Notes: generated by a model not told the origin, from the letters alone. DNA of 46,454 nt from a virus (IMGVR_UViG_3300032421_000005:1-46454), one strand, 5' to 3'; positions 16,161 to 24,701 are shown, counted from the stretch's first letter. Numbers and translations: made by a program.

Positions 16161-18293
16161 TTACGAGGGCCATTTGAGCACCCGCAGACCCATTGATTTG
16201 GCCTTTCGATCGAACATTTCGGAGCCGATCATTTCAGTATGGAACCACCGATCCATGGCGTCCTTCGCGGTGCTTTTTGAGAGCCCATATTCGCGCTGGA
16301 TGAAGGCCCCGAGGAACCTGTCCGCTGTTTGTGATGAGGCGCTGAACGGGCGTCCTGCGGTCCACCGTTCATGGATCTTGTTAAGACAATCCAGGGCTTG
16401 GGCCTCTGTCATCTGGCCGGTCGTTTGCTTGACCCGCTGCGCGGTTGCGGAGCGGTCCTCTAGAAGCCCGCTCTCGGCTCGCACGTAAGTGTGAACCTCC
16501 CAGTCATGCTCGTCATTGGCCTTGACCACAGCACCGTTGACGACGGCCTTCGGCTTATGGGGGATGCCCAATTCTTGGCACAGGCGCTTCGCCTGGTCCT
16601 CTCCAGCGTTCCACAGGGCATAGGTTGCCCTGGCGCCGTCTATGAGCGCGGTAGAGCCGCGGATCGCCTCTCTGGCGCTATCAGCGCTGTCGATCTTGGA
16701 CATGCCCTCCTTGCGCATATGGTGGCACGCAATGACGGTCGCCCCTGTCGCCGCGCAAATCTGGGCGAAGCAACTCCACATGAACTGACCGGCTGCCGGG
16801 TCCTTCGTGATGTCCGCGGTGACGAAGGCTTGAAGTGGATCGATAATGAGGAGTTTGAGATCCGGGATGGTTTTAAGCTGTTCGATCAAGGCTTCGAATC
16901 GGGGTGTCTTTTTGAACTCCCCCTTATCCCCGGTGATGAGCGGCATGGGGCCGCCCACCTCGGGGAGCGGTACGATAAAAACCTTCCCATTAGCCCGCTC
17001 GCGCCGGTTATCAGGATCGATACGCTCGAGGCGCCGGTGGATGCTATCCCGGCTATCTTCTGCGTTGAGGACCACCACACTCCCATGGGAAACCACTTCG
17101 CCACCAAGAACCCGACGAGCGTTGTAGTCTCCAAATGCCACCGCCGCGGCGATCTCGAGGGCAAGGTCGAGCGCTATAAAGCTCTTCCCCACCCCACCCA
17201 TGGCAGCGAAGAGGGCTGGCACGCCTTGGGGGATCGTATTCTCGCAAAGCCATTGAATGGGCGGGGCTGATCCCATGAAGCGATCAGTGCTCCATTCTCT
17301 GAGATCGAAGCCCAGCACTTGGATGGACGCGGAGGAAATCGCCGGGGCGGCACTTTCTGCAAACCCCAGCATATGCTCGAGATCCAATCCCTCTTCACAA
17401 GCGTCGGCAGCGTCCCAACCAGATTCGACATCGGAAGGCGGGGTAAAGATTGTAACGCTGGCGGCGACATCGGAAAGCGCTAGAGCAAGCCGGCCCGCGA
17501 ACTCTTGGCCAGGTCCATCGGCATCCGGCCAGATAATGACATCGCGCCTCGAGAGAGGGGAGAGGTCGGTTTTTTCTAGGGGAGAGTTTGCGCCTCCCAT
17601 GACGGACGTTGCGCAAAGGCCGCGGTCTATGAGAGCCTTCGCGCTCTTCTCGCCTTCGCAGAAGATGACGCGCTCAGATTGCAGGACGCCAGGGATATTA
17701 TAGAGGGGGCGGATCTCCGGATTGCCATAGCGGCGCTGCACTGCATCCCACGGAAGAAATTCCTTTCCCCCGTCCTCGGGCTCGAACCGATAAACGCTGG
17801 CAATGATATGCCCGTCAGCGTCGGTGTAATGCCACTCCCCTTTTTGTGGCCCGAGATCACGATCAACCTTTTTCGCCTTCGCAAACAACTGCTGCCGGCT
17901 GTACGCAATGTCGGGCTTCGTCCCGTTCCCCAGCCATTCCGCCAACTCCTCGAGCGCGATCGGGAAGGTTCGGCGCTTCGCGGCCATGTAGAGGCCGATT
18001 AGGTCGCCGCCCTTTTGGTTGGGGTCACCGAAATCTTTCCATAGCCCTGCCTTGGAGCCGGCTGTCTCTATGAGGAGGCTTGTTCCGGCATCACCATCCG
18101 TATTCCCAATGCGCGCCTGGGTGCGGCTGAAGAGTGCGGCCGGGAATAGCCACGCGATGAAATGGGGAGCGCTACCCGCCAAGCCCTCCCGGATGCGGTC
18201 GATACGCCCCGCGTCCGGCTTCTCATCGAGGCCGAGATAAGTCTCGAGCTGGCGCTGCGTCAGCGCGTTGTTGAAATCAAGCACTGACGCCAT
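16161..18293 (-). CDS. Bifunctional primase-helicase (Toprim domain + RepA/DnaB-like P-loop ATPase), 710 aa
   Basis: Toprim VIFCEGEKSAKAL...IIWPDADGPGQEFA; P-loop AAMGGVGKSFIALDLA; Walker B LLIIDPL. ATG at 18293 with GGGGG upstream. Confidence 0.85.
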   Translation of the reverse strand: MASVLDFNNALTQRQLETYLGLDEKPDAGRIDRIREGLAGSAPHFIAWLFPAALFSRTQARIGNTDGDAGTSLLIETAGSKAGLWKDFGDPNQKGGDLIGLYMAAKRRTFPIALEELAEWLGNGTKPDIAYSRQQLFAKAKKVDRDLGPQKGEWHYTDADGHIIASVYRFEPEDGGKEFLPWDAVQRRYGNPEIRPLYNIPGVLQSERVIFCEGEKSAKALIDRGLCATSVMGGANSPLEKTDLSPLSRRDVIIWPDADGPGQEFAGRLALALSDVAASVTIFTPPSDVESGWDAADACEEGLDLEHMLGFAESAAPAISSASIQVLGFDLREWSTDRFMGSAPPIQWLCENTIPQGVPALFAAMGGVGKSFIALDLALEIAAAVAFGDYNARRVLGGEVVSHGSVVVLNAEDSRDSIHRRLERIDPDNRRERANGKVFIVPLPEVGGPMPLITGDKGEFKKTPRFEALIEQLKTIPDLKLLIIDPLQAFVTADITKDPAAGQFMWSCFAQICAATGATVIACHHMRKEGMSKIDSADSAREAIRGSTALIDGARATYALWNAGEDQAKRLCQELGIPHKPKAVVNGAVVKANDEHDWEVHTYVRAESGLLEDRSATAQRVKQTTGQMTEAQALDCLNKIHERWTAGRPFSASSQTADRFLGAFIQREYGLSKSTAKDAMDRWFHTEMIGSEMFDRKAKSMGLRVLKWPS

Positions 18294-19032
18294 TGCTTTG
18301 CCCCCAGCAACGATTGTGGAAGTCGCACCACCGGCATTCGAAGAAGTCGGCGGATGCGTGCGCACGAGGTGGGAGCGCGCCGGCATCGTGGGCATTCAGA
18401 ACCGCGACCCCCCGGTCGCTTGCCGTCTGCGCCAGCTTGGTGTTGAACGGGACGCGCTCGAAAGCCGTCTCGAGCGTATCGCGATTGGTGACCTGGAAGA
18501 GAGCGGCGTTTTCTTCCAGCCCCATATATGCCTGATAGATGGCAATCTGGGCTGCGTAGACTGGCCGCTCGAGCGCAACGCCTTTCTTGACGATCGCGGT
18601 CCAGTATTTTCCGCCGACGAATTTGTGCTCCCAGAGATATGGGTATGGGCCAAGATCAGCAGGCCCGCCACATACAACCCCGTCAATATGACCCTTTATG
18701 CGATCCCCAGCGACGCTGAAGCCGAACTGGCCCCCGTGGCGGTCATGAGTACGAAGGTCGAGGCCGGCAGCGATAAGCAGCTTTGCCTGTCGTTCCTCCA
18801 TGAAGTGGCCAGACGCAAAAATCAGATGCGTCTTGGCCGTCATCGGCCGCTCTCGCGGAGCCCCCTGGTATTCGAACAACAGCTTGCGCTGGCATATTTC
18901 GCCGAGCCGTGAGCCCCCGAGATAGGTGCGTTGTTCGCGAGCGCCTTCGATGGTGGCTGCGGCAAGGTCAAGAAGATCGGTTCCGGGGACCCCAGCCTTT
19001 CCTTTCGTCGCCCCATGATTGAAATCCATCAT
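18277..19032 (-). CDS. Cas4/RecB-like PD-(D/E)XK exonuclease with C-terminal Cys cluster, 251 aa
   Basis: GHIDGVV...LWEHKFV (D..ExK) and C-terminal ECRWCDFHNRCW. ATG at 19032 (ATGA overlap). Confidence 0.8.
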   Translation of the reverse strand: MMDFNHGATKGKAGVPGTDLLDLAAATIEGAREQRTYLGGSRLGEICQRKLLFEYQGAPRERPMTAKTHLIFASGHFMEERQAKLLIAAGLDLRTHDRHGGQFGFSVAGDRIKGHIDGVVCGGPADLGPYPYLWEHKFVGGKYWTAIVKKGVALERPVYAAQIAIYQAYMGLEENAALFQVTNRDTLETAFERVPFNTKLAQTASDRGVAVLNAHDAGALPPRAHASADFFECRWCDFHNRCWGQSNGVSA

Positions 19033-19571
19033 CGGCGCCACGCAGTCTTGTTAGAGGCAAGCGCCCAGAGACGACGCATGATGACGGGGGACTGGCGGGC
19101 AGTTATCGTGTTGCCATTGAACAAATAGCCCTGCTGCTCAGTGGTGGTCGCAATATCGACCTGATCGTTATTGGAATCAAATTGAACGAGACGGCATGGC
19201 AACCATTCCACACGCGGCCCTTCTACGGGCAACCTGTTGTCCGCCATCCAACCAATGGATGACATCATCCCCATTTCCACCAAGCCAGTGCCGACGATTA
19301 AGATGCGTCCCTCCCAACCGGACGAGTTCATCTTATCGAAGCCATCCTGTGGAAAATCCTCGAACCTCATGACTGGCTTGACCTCGACCGCAATCGGCTC
19401 GACCCCATGCAGCACAAAATCGGGGACCCAGCCCTTCAGGTCTAACGGTTCATATTCCCACCGCCATTTGAGCAGATCAAAAAGCGCCGCCCAAGTCGCC
19501 TCCAGGCGCGAGCGGAATTTGAACCCATCATAATAGGTAGGTTTCGGGGCTATGTTGTAGGTGATGCCCAT
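19029..19571 (-). CDS. Restriction-endonuclease-fold (PD-(D/E)XK) nuclease-like protein, 180 aa
   Basis: YDGFKFRSRLEATWAALFDLLKWRWEYEP...VPDFVLHG..PIAVEVKP pattern. Confidence 0.7.
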   Translation of the reverse strand: MGITYNIAPKPTYYDGFKFRSRLEATWAALFDLLKWRWEYEPLDLKGWVPDFVLHGVEPIAVEVKPVMRFEDFPQDGFDKMNSSGWEGRILIVGTGLVEMGMMSSIGWMADNRLPVEGPRVEWLPCRLVQFDSNNDQVDIATTTEQQGYLFNGNTITARQSPVIMRRLWALASNKTAWRR

Positions 19572-19954
19572 CAGAATGGAATTTCGTCATTGAGATCCAT
19601 GATCTCAGTCAGTTTCCCGCGCCATATGCATACCGCGGTGCGGATAAGGCCGAGCGCCTCCTCTTTGCTGTAAGCCTGCAGAGGCTTATCCATCCCGACC
19701 GTAGCGACATAAGCCCCCAGAGCGGGAAGGGTCGCTGTTATTGCCATCTCTTCGTATTTGTTCGGCGTCATCGTCATTTCCCATTCGTCCCGGCATCGGC
19801 TGCTACAGAACATGATCTCGAGCCCGCCTCTTAAGAGGCCCCAGCCGCTACTTTCCCCGCCGCAGGCGCGACAGATCAACCAGCCTGGAGGTAGCTCCCT
19901 TGTTCTGGGAGTATGTTGGACACGGCCTCTTGCTCCGCCCGCACGCATACCCAT
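19571..19954 (-). CDS. Zinc-ribbon protein ending in an SSB-like C-terminal tip (DEIPF), up to 127 aa
   Basis: CRACGG...FCSSRC; C-terminus ...IMDLNDEIPF. Start uncertain (ATG 19954 or 19948); overlaps 19876..20139. Confidence 0.6.
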   Translation of the reverse strand: MGMRAGGARGRVQHTPRTRELPPGWLICRACGGESSGWGLLRGGLEIMFCSSRCRDEWEMTMTPNKYEEMAITATLPALGAYVATVGMDKPLQAYSKEEALGLIRTAVCIWRGKLTEIMDLNDEIPF

Positions 19955-20139
19955 GTTCCTATCGCGACCGCTGCCATCAGCCGCAGTTCATCGCGGGTTA
20001 GCCCTGAGATCGGGCGGTTGAGATTTCGGCCCATAAGCCAGTCACCTATCGCCATCCCCGCCCTCTGCTCCGCTTCGCGTTGCAGTTCGTCCTCAAGAGT
20101 TGGGGGCCTTTCGGCCCCCGCATCTTTTACTGCGCCCAT
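19876..20139 (-). CDS. Hypothetical protein, 87 aa
   Basis: ATG at 20139; balanced composition; overlaps both neighbours by 13 and about 75 nt. Confidence 0.5.
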   Translation of the reverse strand: MGAVKDAGAERPPTLEDELQREAEQRAGMAIGDWLMGRNLNRPISGLTRDELRLMAAVAIGTWVCVRAEQEAVSNILPEQGSYLQAG

Positions 20140-20711
20140 GTCGGCACCGCTGAAGGTGCCTTTGCGGCTGGAGCGGTGAAGCCGGTCTGTGGGGCAGAGC
20201 CGCCAGCCTTCGCCTCCGCATAGGAGGGCTGCTCGACGCCAACTGCACCAAGCAACTTATTCTTGTCGGGGTATCCCTCGGAGCCTTTCTCGATCCCGAT
20301 TTTCCCGACGAACTCGAGGCCGGAAAAGTCCCCATAGCCGGTGACCATGCGCGCCTGCTTCGCAGCGGGGCTTTCATCGTCCCCACGAATTCCACGGGCG
20401 CTCTCCAAAATAGCGCGCAGGGTCGAACGCGTAATGTTGCCGGCTTTCGAAGCGCCGCCTTCGTCGACCTTGCCACCGCTGACCACCATATTCTGCCAGA
20501 TCTTCCGGCCGCGGTATTTGCCAGCGGTCACAGCAAATTCGACGTTGAGGTACGACACGTCGCTAGTTTTGGAGGCGGTCAACCAGCCACCATCCCCTGC
20601 TGCGCCAGGGCGGATAGTAAGGATCATGGGGGCGACGGTGCCCGCCGGGATCAGATCGAAACTGCCACCCTTGTCAGCGGTGTTGTAATCGAAAGGATTT
20701 GATGCGTTCAT
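20127..20711 (-). CDS. DUF669-like phage protein (SSB-like partner of Sak4-type recombinases), 194 aa
   Basis: ATGA-coupled downstream of the AAA_24 gene; ...FDLIPAGTVAPMILTIRPG...YLNVEFAVTAGKYRGRKIW pattern. Family from memory. Confidence 0.7.
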   Translation of the reverse strand: MNASNPFDYNTADKGGSFDLIPAGTVAPMILTIRPGAAGDGGWLTASKTSDVSYLNVEFAVTAGKYRGRKIWQNMVVSGGKVDEGGASKAGNITRSTLRAILESARGIRGDDESPAAKQARMVTGYGDFSGLEFVGKIGIEKGSEGYPDKNKLLGAVGVEQPSYAEAKAGGSAPQTGFTAPAAKAPSAVPTWAQ

Positions 20712-21571
20712 TGTACTTGCTCCTGCTGTGTGGTGGGGGCGTCCGCGTCGGGGCTCGGAGTGTGGAAGCTAAGGCGCTCCGACGCGGGCTTTTTCGGCCC
20801 TGTGATCTTGGACATCAGCCGGCCAAGATGCGGCTCTTCAATTAGATCGAGGCGTCCGCTGCGATCCTTTGCGGGGTAGCCCCACGGGTTGACAGCGTGG
20901 CAGACGAACGCGCGATAAGGCGCGCCCTCTTCCGGCTGCATCTGGACCATGGAGATTAGCTGGTCGGTGATGCCCGGCGCCTCGAGCGCGGTCTTACTGC
21001 CCTCGATTTGCATGACGTTGGAGATGCGGCCGAAGTCGTCCTTGACGGCGTTGAGGAGCCCAACGAGCCACACGTTTACACGCGGGGCATGCTGGAACTG
21101 CTTCAGCCATTCGACCATTTCCCGACCCAACAGACCATATGCCCCTCGGGTATCGGGCTTGCCGGTCTTCTCCGACATCGCCTCGGGCTGAACCCGCGAC
21201 CATGCGAAACAGAGACGGGACGCCTCAGTGATGGAGTCGATAAAGACCGTCTCATATTTATCAAGGCCGCCCAAAATGTCCTTGGCGGCCTGATAGTGGC
21301 CAGGCCCATAGACGTCCGCTTCCGCATAGCCGGGGTTCGGACCACCGACGAGTACGGCGAGGTTCCGAGCCTCGCTCCAAGTCCGGAGACGGACCATATC
21401 GCCGGGCCAGTCCTGGACGCTCAGCTCTCCAGCTTCGGCATTGACGAAGAGAGTTGTGGCTGGATCGAGCGTGTGGAGAAGGCTGGTCTTCCCGATCCCA
21501 GCCGGTCCCAAAAGAATACCCTTGATGCCGGCGCGGTTTTGGAGCCGCTCGTCTGCACTGATGATCTTCAT
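20708..21571 (-). CDS. Sak4-like AAA_24 ATPase (RecA-superfamily annealing/recombination protein), 287 aa
   Basis: Walker A GILLGPAGIGKTSLL. ATG at 21571 with AAGGAG 8 nt upstream and ATGA overlap; the track start 21580 is a GTG abutting the SD. Confidence 0.8.
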   Translation of the reverse strand: MKIISADERLQNRAGIKGILLGPAGIGKTSLLHTLDPATTLFVNAEAGELSVQDWPGDMVRLRTWSEARNLAVLVGGPNPGYAEADVYGPGHYQAAKDILGGLDKYETVFIDSITEASRLCFAWSRVQPEAMSEKTGKPDTRGAYGLLGREMVEWLKQFQHAPRVNVWLVGLLNAVKDDFGRISNVMQIEGSKTALEAPGITDQLISMVQMQPEEGAPYRAFVCHAVNPWGYPAKDRSGRLDLIEEPHLGRLMSKITGPKKPASERLSFHTPSPDADAPTTQQEQVQ

Positions 21572-22041
21572 GCCGCGCACTCCTTAAGCGGGGAAAGCGC
21601 ATAGGTCGGCTTCCCTGTTTTGACGGTGCGAGCGACAGAAAGTGCGTCGCGAAGAGCAGGCGGAGCCGCTTCGAACTTCCGCTCCTCCACAGAGAACACA
21701 GCCTTGGCAAAGTGCTTGGCGTCGTCTGGGTCTAGGGCGTTCAAAGCAGCCTTCAGCTTCTCTTGATCCCATTCGATCTTTTTGGGGAGATTGACGACAA
21801 CGTCATATTCTCCGTCGATCACATGAACCGAGCCAGTGTCTTTACCAGCAAGGCGCCTTTCCTCCGCCGCCTTGTCGGCATAGCGCCGCTCAAAAGTGCC
21901 ATGCAGAGCTACTTCGCGCCGAGTTAGCGTCAGCTTGTCCTGCGCTAGGAGCCAATGAAGATCCGCCAGCACTCCAGGCGGCAATTGGTCGAGCTGGCTT
22001 GGTTCCAGACCATCCAGCATCGAAGTTGTGACATTGTCCAT
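21568..22041 (-). CDS. Hypothetical replication/recombination-module protein, 157 aa
   Basis: ATG at 22041 with AAGGA upstream; coupled to the Sak4-like gene. Confidence 0.75.
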   Translation of the reverse strand: MDNVTTSMLDGLEPSQLDQLPPGVLADLHWLLAQDKLTLTRREVALHGTFERRYADKAAEERRLAGKDTGSVHVIDGEYDVVVNLPKKIEWDQEKLKAALNALDPDDAKHFAKAVFSVEERKFEAAPPALRDALSVARTVKTGKPTYALSPLKECAA

Positions 22042-22162
22042 TTGTCAGTCCTTCAAAAATCGCCCTGCTTTATGTCCGATTGTTTTGAGTGAGAGGCCGG
22101 GACTCGGCTTGGACGTTCACCGCCGGGTTATTGGTTATTCACCCGACGACCTCTCACCTATT

Positions 22163-22516
22163 TCATGCCGCCTTCTTGCGACGAACCTTCCTCTTTCTCG
22201 GCGGCCAGACCGTAATCACGACGCCGGGATGCGAAGCCTCGACGAGCTTTTTCTTGAGGTTAAAGACGGGAGTGGTCTTACCCTTCGTGTCTTCGACGAT
22301 CAGAAGGCCGCTATCGGCCATCCGGTAGCTATGGTCGGCCACGTATCGGCAGATGACATGCCCGTTGATTTCGACCGAAAAGCTAGGCTGCTGCGTCAGG
22401 TGCGTGATCTCACCGGCGTCTTCTTTCGCCATCAGTTCGTTGCAACGACGGGCCTCAAGGCCGCTGTCGTGCAGATGATCGGCTGAGCAGACGGTTTTCT
22501 TGGCGCCGTACTTCAT
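22163..22516 (-). CDS. DUF1064-like protein (putative Holliday-junction-resolvase-type nuclease), 117 aa
   Basis: MKYGAKKTV...DSGLEARRCNEL...YVADHSY...VEDTKGKTTPVFNLKKKL pattern. ATG at 22516 (ATGA overlap). Confidence 0.75.
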   Translation of the reverse strand: MKYGAKKTVCSADHLHDSGLEARRCNELMAKEDAGEITHLTQQPSFSVEINGHVICRYVADHSYRMADSGLLIVEDTKGKTTPVFNLKKKLVEASHPGVVITVWPPRKRKVRRKKAA

Positions 22517-22746
22517 CCCACCACCTCGGAAGACGCGTGCGCAACCTGTGCGGCGCGTGGCTGCGTCCCCGCCCAATTCCCACACGCGTCATCGGAGGGG
22601 TGGTTGATCCAGTAACGATCCAGCGCCTCAAGCAGCTGGCGCGAACCGTCCGCCGCGGCGATCTTTGCCCGCTCATCGGCGTAGGCGATCGCCACGTCGC
22701 GATGGCTTGGCTTGAACTTGCGGGCGTGGGTGGCGCGGTTCATCAT
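22513..22746 (-). CDS. Hypothetical protein, 77 aa
   Basis: ATGA-coupled at both ends. Confidence 0.65.
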   Translation of the reverse strand: MMNRATHARKFKPSHRDVAIAYADERAKIAAADGSRQLLEALDRYWINHPSDDACGNWAGTQPRAAQVAHASSEVVG

Positions 22747-23216
22747 GCCGCCTCCGCCTGGATTGAGCAGATGAGCCCCGACAGTTCTTTCTGGAGCGCC
22801 AGCAGATCAGGCAGATAATCAAGCTTCTCGGTGTGGATCTCGCGAACACCACCGGGCGATTGAGGATCGCGGGCCTCAGCAATCTTGAGTGCGGCGCGAT
22901 TAATGAAGGGCAGAACGTCGCGCTCGGTGCTGTGCTCGATTGGGATGATACGCCCGCCCATCAGCCTCACGTAGGGATCGAGATGATGAACTCCGTAGGC
23001 GCGGCCAAGGCGCTGCAGGAACGTCGGCGACAGATCCGTTTTCTTGTTCGCGGCGTTGCTGACCGTGCCGAGCGAAATATCCACTCTCTCGGATATTTCG
23101 AGCAGCGTAACGGAATGGTCGGACTGCACGCAGCGGAGAATTTCCGCCACAGCCTCCCTATAATTCCTTTGTTCGTCAGAGGCGTTGACGCGCAAGACGT
23201 TGCGGGTCTGCATCAA
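22743..23216 (-). CDS. HTH DNA-binding protein, 157 aa (early regulator or replication-initiation accessory)
   Basis: VTLLEISERVDISLGTVSNAANKKTDLSPTFLQRLGRAYG helix-turn-helix. Confidence 0.75.
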   Translation of the reverse strand: MMQTRNVLRVNASDEQRNYREAVAEILRCVQSDHSVTLLEISERVDISLGTVSNAANKKTDLSPTFLQRLGRAYGVHHLDPYVRLMGGRIIPIEHSTERDVLPFINRAALKIAEARDPQSPGGVREIHTEKLDYLPDLLALQKELSGLICSIQAEAA

Positions 23217-23506
23217 TTAGATCCCTCTCCATGAACAGCCCCACCCACCACCGCGACGCGCTCGGCCTCGGTCAGTTGCCCGCAGAAGGCGTCGCTCGGT
23301 CGGTAGGGGATATCGTTGGCGATCTCGTCGAACGTCTGGCAGGCGGCGCACCCCTCTCCCGGCGCAAGCTCGGCCTTCGGTACGCCAGTGTCCCCACAGA
23401 GACGGCAGACCGCGTAGTCGAACAGGGCGATGGTGGCGCAGGTGATCATCACGCCGACGCAGAAGATGGCGAACAGAGCGCCAATGATGTGGGGGATCAT
23501 CTCCAT
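23213..23506 (-). CDS. Small membrane protein with Cys pairs, 97 aa
   Basis: TM helix IPHIIGALFAIFCVGVMITCATIALF; CRLCG and CAAC motifs. Confidence 0.7.
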   Translation of the reverse strand: MEMIPHIIGALFAIFCVGVMITCATIALFDYAVCRLCGDTGVPKAELAPGEGCAACQTFDEIANDIPYRPSDAFCGQLTEAERVAVVGGAVHGEGSN

Positions 23507-23631
23507 TCCCTCGGTTCGGGGCGGCCGCGATCGTTGGCGACCGTCAGGGGCGCGCGACCGTGAAAGTGATATGCGATCAGCCGCGCGAGCTGGTGCGGGC
23601 CGCTGCCGCGTATGAGGGCGAGGCCGGTCAT
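23497..23631 (-). CDS. Possible micro-protein, 44 aa (not in track)
   Basis: ATG at 23631 directly after the TAA of 23632..23820. MTGLALIRGSGPHQLARLIAYHFHGRAPLTVANDRGRPEPREWR; 10-nt overlap with the next gene. Confidence 0.35.
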   Translation of the reverse strand: MTGLALIRGSGPHQLARLIAYHFHGRAPLTVANDRGRPEPREWR

Positions 23632-23820
23632 TTAGAGAGCCCTCGGGACGAAGGGGCAGTCACCAGGAACCGTGTAGGGATCGGCGCAACGCCAATTCAC
23701 CAGGCGCGGGAGATGGCATCTCGGGCAAGGCTTGGCCGCCTCCGCAGCAGCAAGCTCCTCGCGGATGATCTCGCGGACCCGCTGCTCGTCGACGGGGATG
23801 ATGACGCGTGTCTCGCTCAC
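23632..23820 (-). CDS. Small Cys-rich protein, 62 aa
   Basis: GTG at 23820 (GTGA overlap). VSETRVIIPVDEQRVREIIREELAAAEAAKPCPRCHLPRLVNWRCADPYTVPGDCPF. The rest of the 121-aa track ORF overlaps cro. Confidence 0.55.
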   Translation of the reverse strand: MSETRVIIPVDEQRVREIIREELAAAEAAKPCPRCHLPRLVNWRCADPYTVPGDCPFVPRAL

Positions 23821-23918
23821 AGCCACACCACCCAGGATCTGCGAATATGATTCCACAGGTCGGCTGCGTGGAGCTGGAACATCAGACGCGATTTCGCGAT
23901 CTGCTGGGCGTTGGTCAT
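23817..23918 (-). CDS. Possible micro-protein, 33 aa (not in track)
   Basis: ATG at 23918 (ATGA overlap with the cro-like stop); TGA overlaps the next GTG. MTNAQQIAKSRLMFQLHAADLWNHIRRSWVVWL. Confidence 0.4.
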   Translation of the reverse strand: MTNAQQIAKSRLMFQLHAADLWNHIRRSWVVWL

Positions 23919-24112
23919 GCTGCGCGATCCAGCACAGGGATGCGCTGCAACGCGTCCTCAACCTTGCGTTGGGTGTCCCAACGGGGCGGTGATCCACGCA
24001 TCAGCCGGAAGAGCTGCGCTCGGGAGACGCCTGCGACCCCGGAAAACCCGCCTACCGTGAGGCCTCTTTCCTTGATAGCTTTGGCGAGATCTTTTGGGTT
24101 GTTCCAATCCAT
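23915..24112 (-). CDS. Cro-like HTH regulator, 65 aa; first gene of the leftward early operon
   Basis: LTVGGFSGVAGVSRAQLFRLMRG helix-turn-helix; divergent from the repressor gene. Confidence 0.8.
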   Translation of the reverse strand: MDWNNPKDLAKAIKERGLTVGGFSGVAGVSRAQLFRLMRGSPPRWDTQRKVEDALQRIPVLDRAA

Positions 24113-24191
24113 AATGACGCAAGCATAGTATCATAAATGAGCCCTCGTCAAGCCCATTCATGATCCTATGCCTCGCTAGGAATGAGGCTAA
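24113..24191. promoter_or_regulatory. Divergent immunity switch region (leftward early promoter, operator, repressor promoter)
   Basis: Minus strand reads TTGACG-AGGGC-TCATTTATGATAC-TATGCT. The operator core (plus-strand gtatcataaatga) is at 24128-24140; a partial ATTCATGAT is at 24156-24164. Confidence 0.7.
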
Positions 24192-24701
24192 ATGGAAACC
24201 GTCTCCGACCCCGAAGCGAGAAGGCTCGAAGTGCACGAACAGCAGAAGCCGGTCGTCGCGTGGATGAAAGAGGTGATGGAGGCGAAGCGCCTGAAACCCA
24301 CCCCATGGGCGCTAAGCGCCGGCCTCGCCCGCGCGACCGTCAATCGTGCCCTTAAGGATACGCACGATTTCGTAACGTCAACGCGGACGCTGTTCAAGCT
24401 CGCCAAGGCAGCAGGCGTACCACCGCCTATCGACCTGGGCACCGGCTCGCCAGACATACCGCCCACAACGAGCCTAGGCCCGATGATGGTGGAACTTCTG
24501 CGCGTTATGGTGCCCGATCGAGAATGGTCGGACGACCTTCAGATTCCGTTGGGTCGGGCGCTTCGGCAGGCTCTGCTGGAGATGGCAGAGGATGGCGAGG
24601 AACTTGCTGATCAGATTGCTCACGCCCGCTTGGCGGGGCGGATGGCGGCTCGATCCCAGCTTCGTGAAGATGGTGAATCAGAAGCTCACGAAAACGACTA
24701 G
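24192..24701 (+). CDS. CI-like phage repressor (HTH; no visible S24 peptidase domain), 169 aa
   Basis: LKPTPWALSAGLARATVNRALKD helix-turn-helix; divergent from the cro-like gene; acidic C-terminus. Confidence 0.75.
   Translation: METVSDPEARRLEVHEQQKPVVAWMKEVMEAKRLKPTPWALSAGLARATVNRALKDTHDFVTSTRTLFKLAKAAGVPPPIDLGTGSPDIPPTTSLGPMMVELLRVMVPDREWSDDLQIPLGRALRQALLEMAEDGEELADQIAHARLAGRMAARSQLREDGESEAHEND

Noticed and set aside
15970-16173. 67-aa minus-strand ORF with repeating LKSLxGxGG pattern
   Set aside because: The periodic protein sequence is a translation of the DNA iterons and terminator. There is no RBS, and it lies downstream of the primase-helicase stop.
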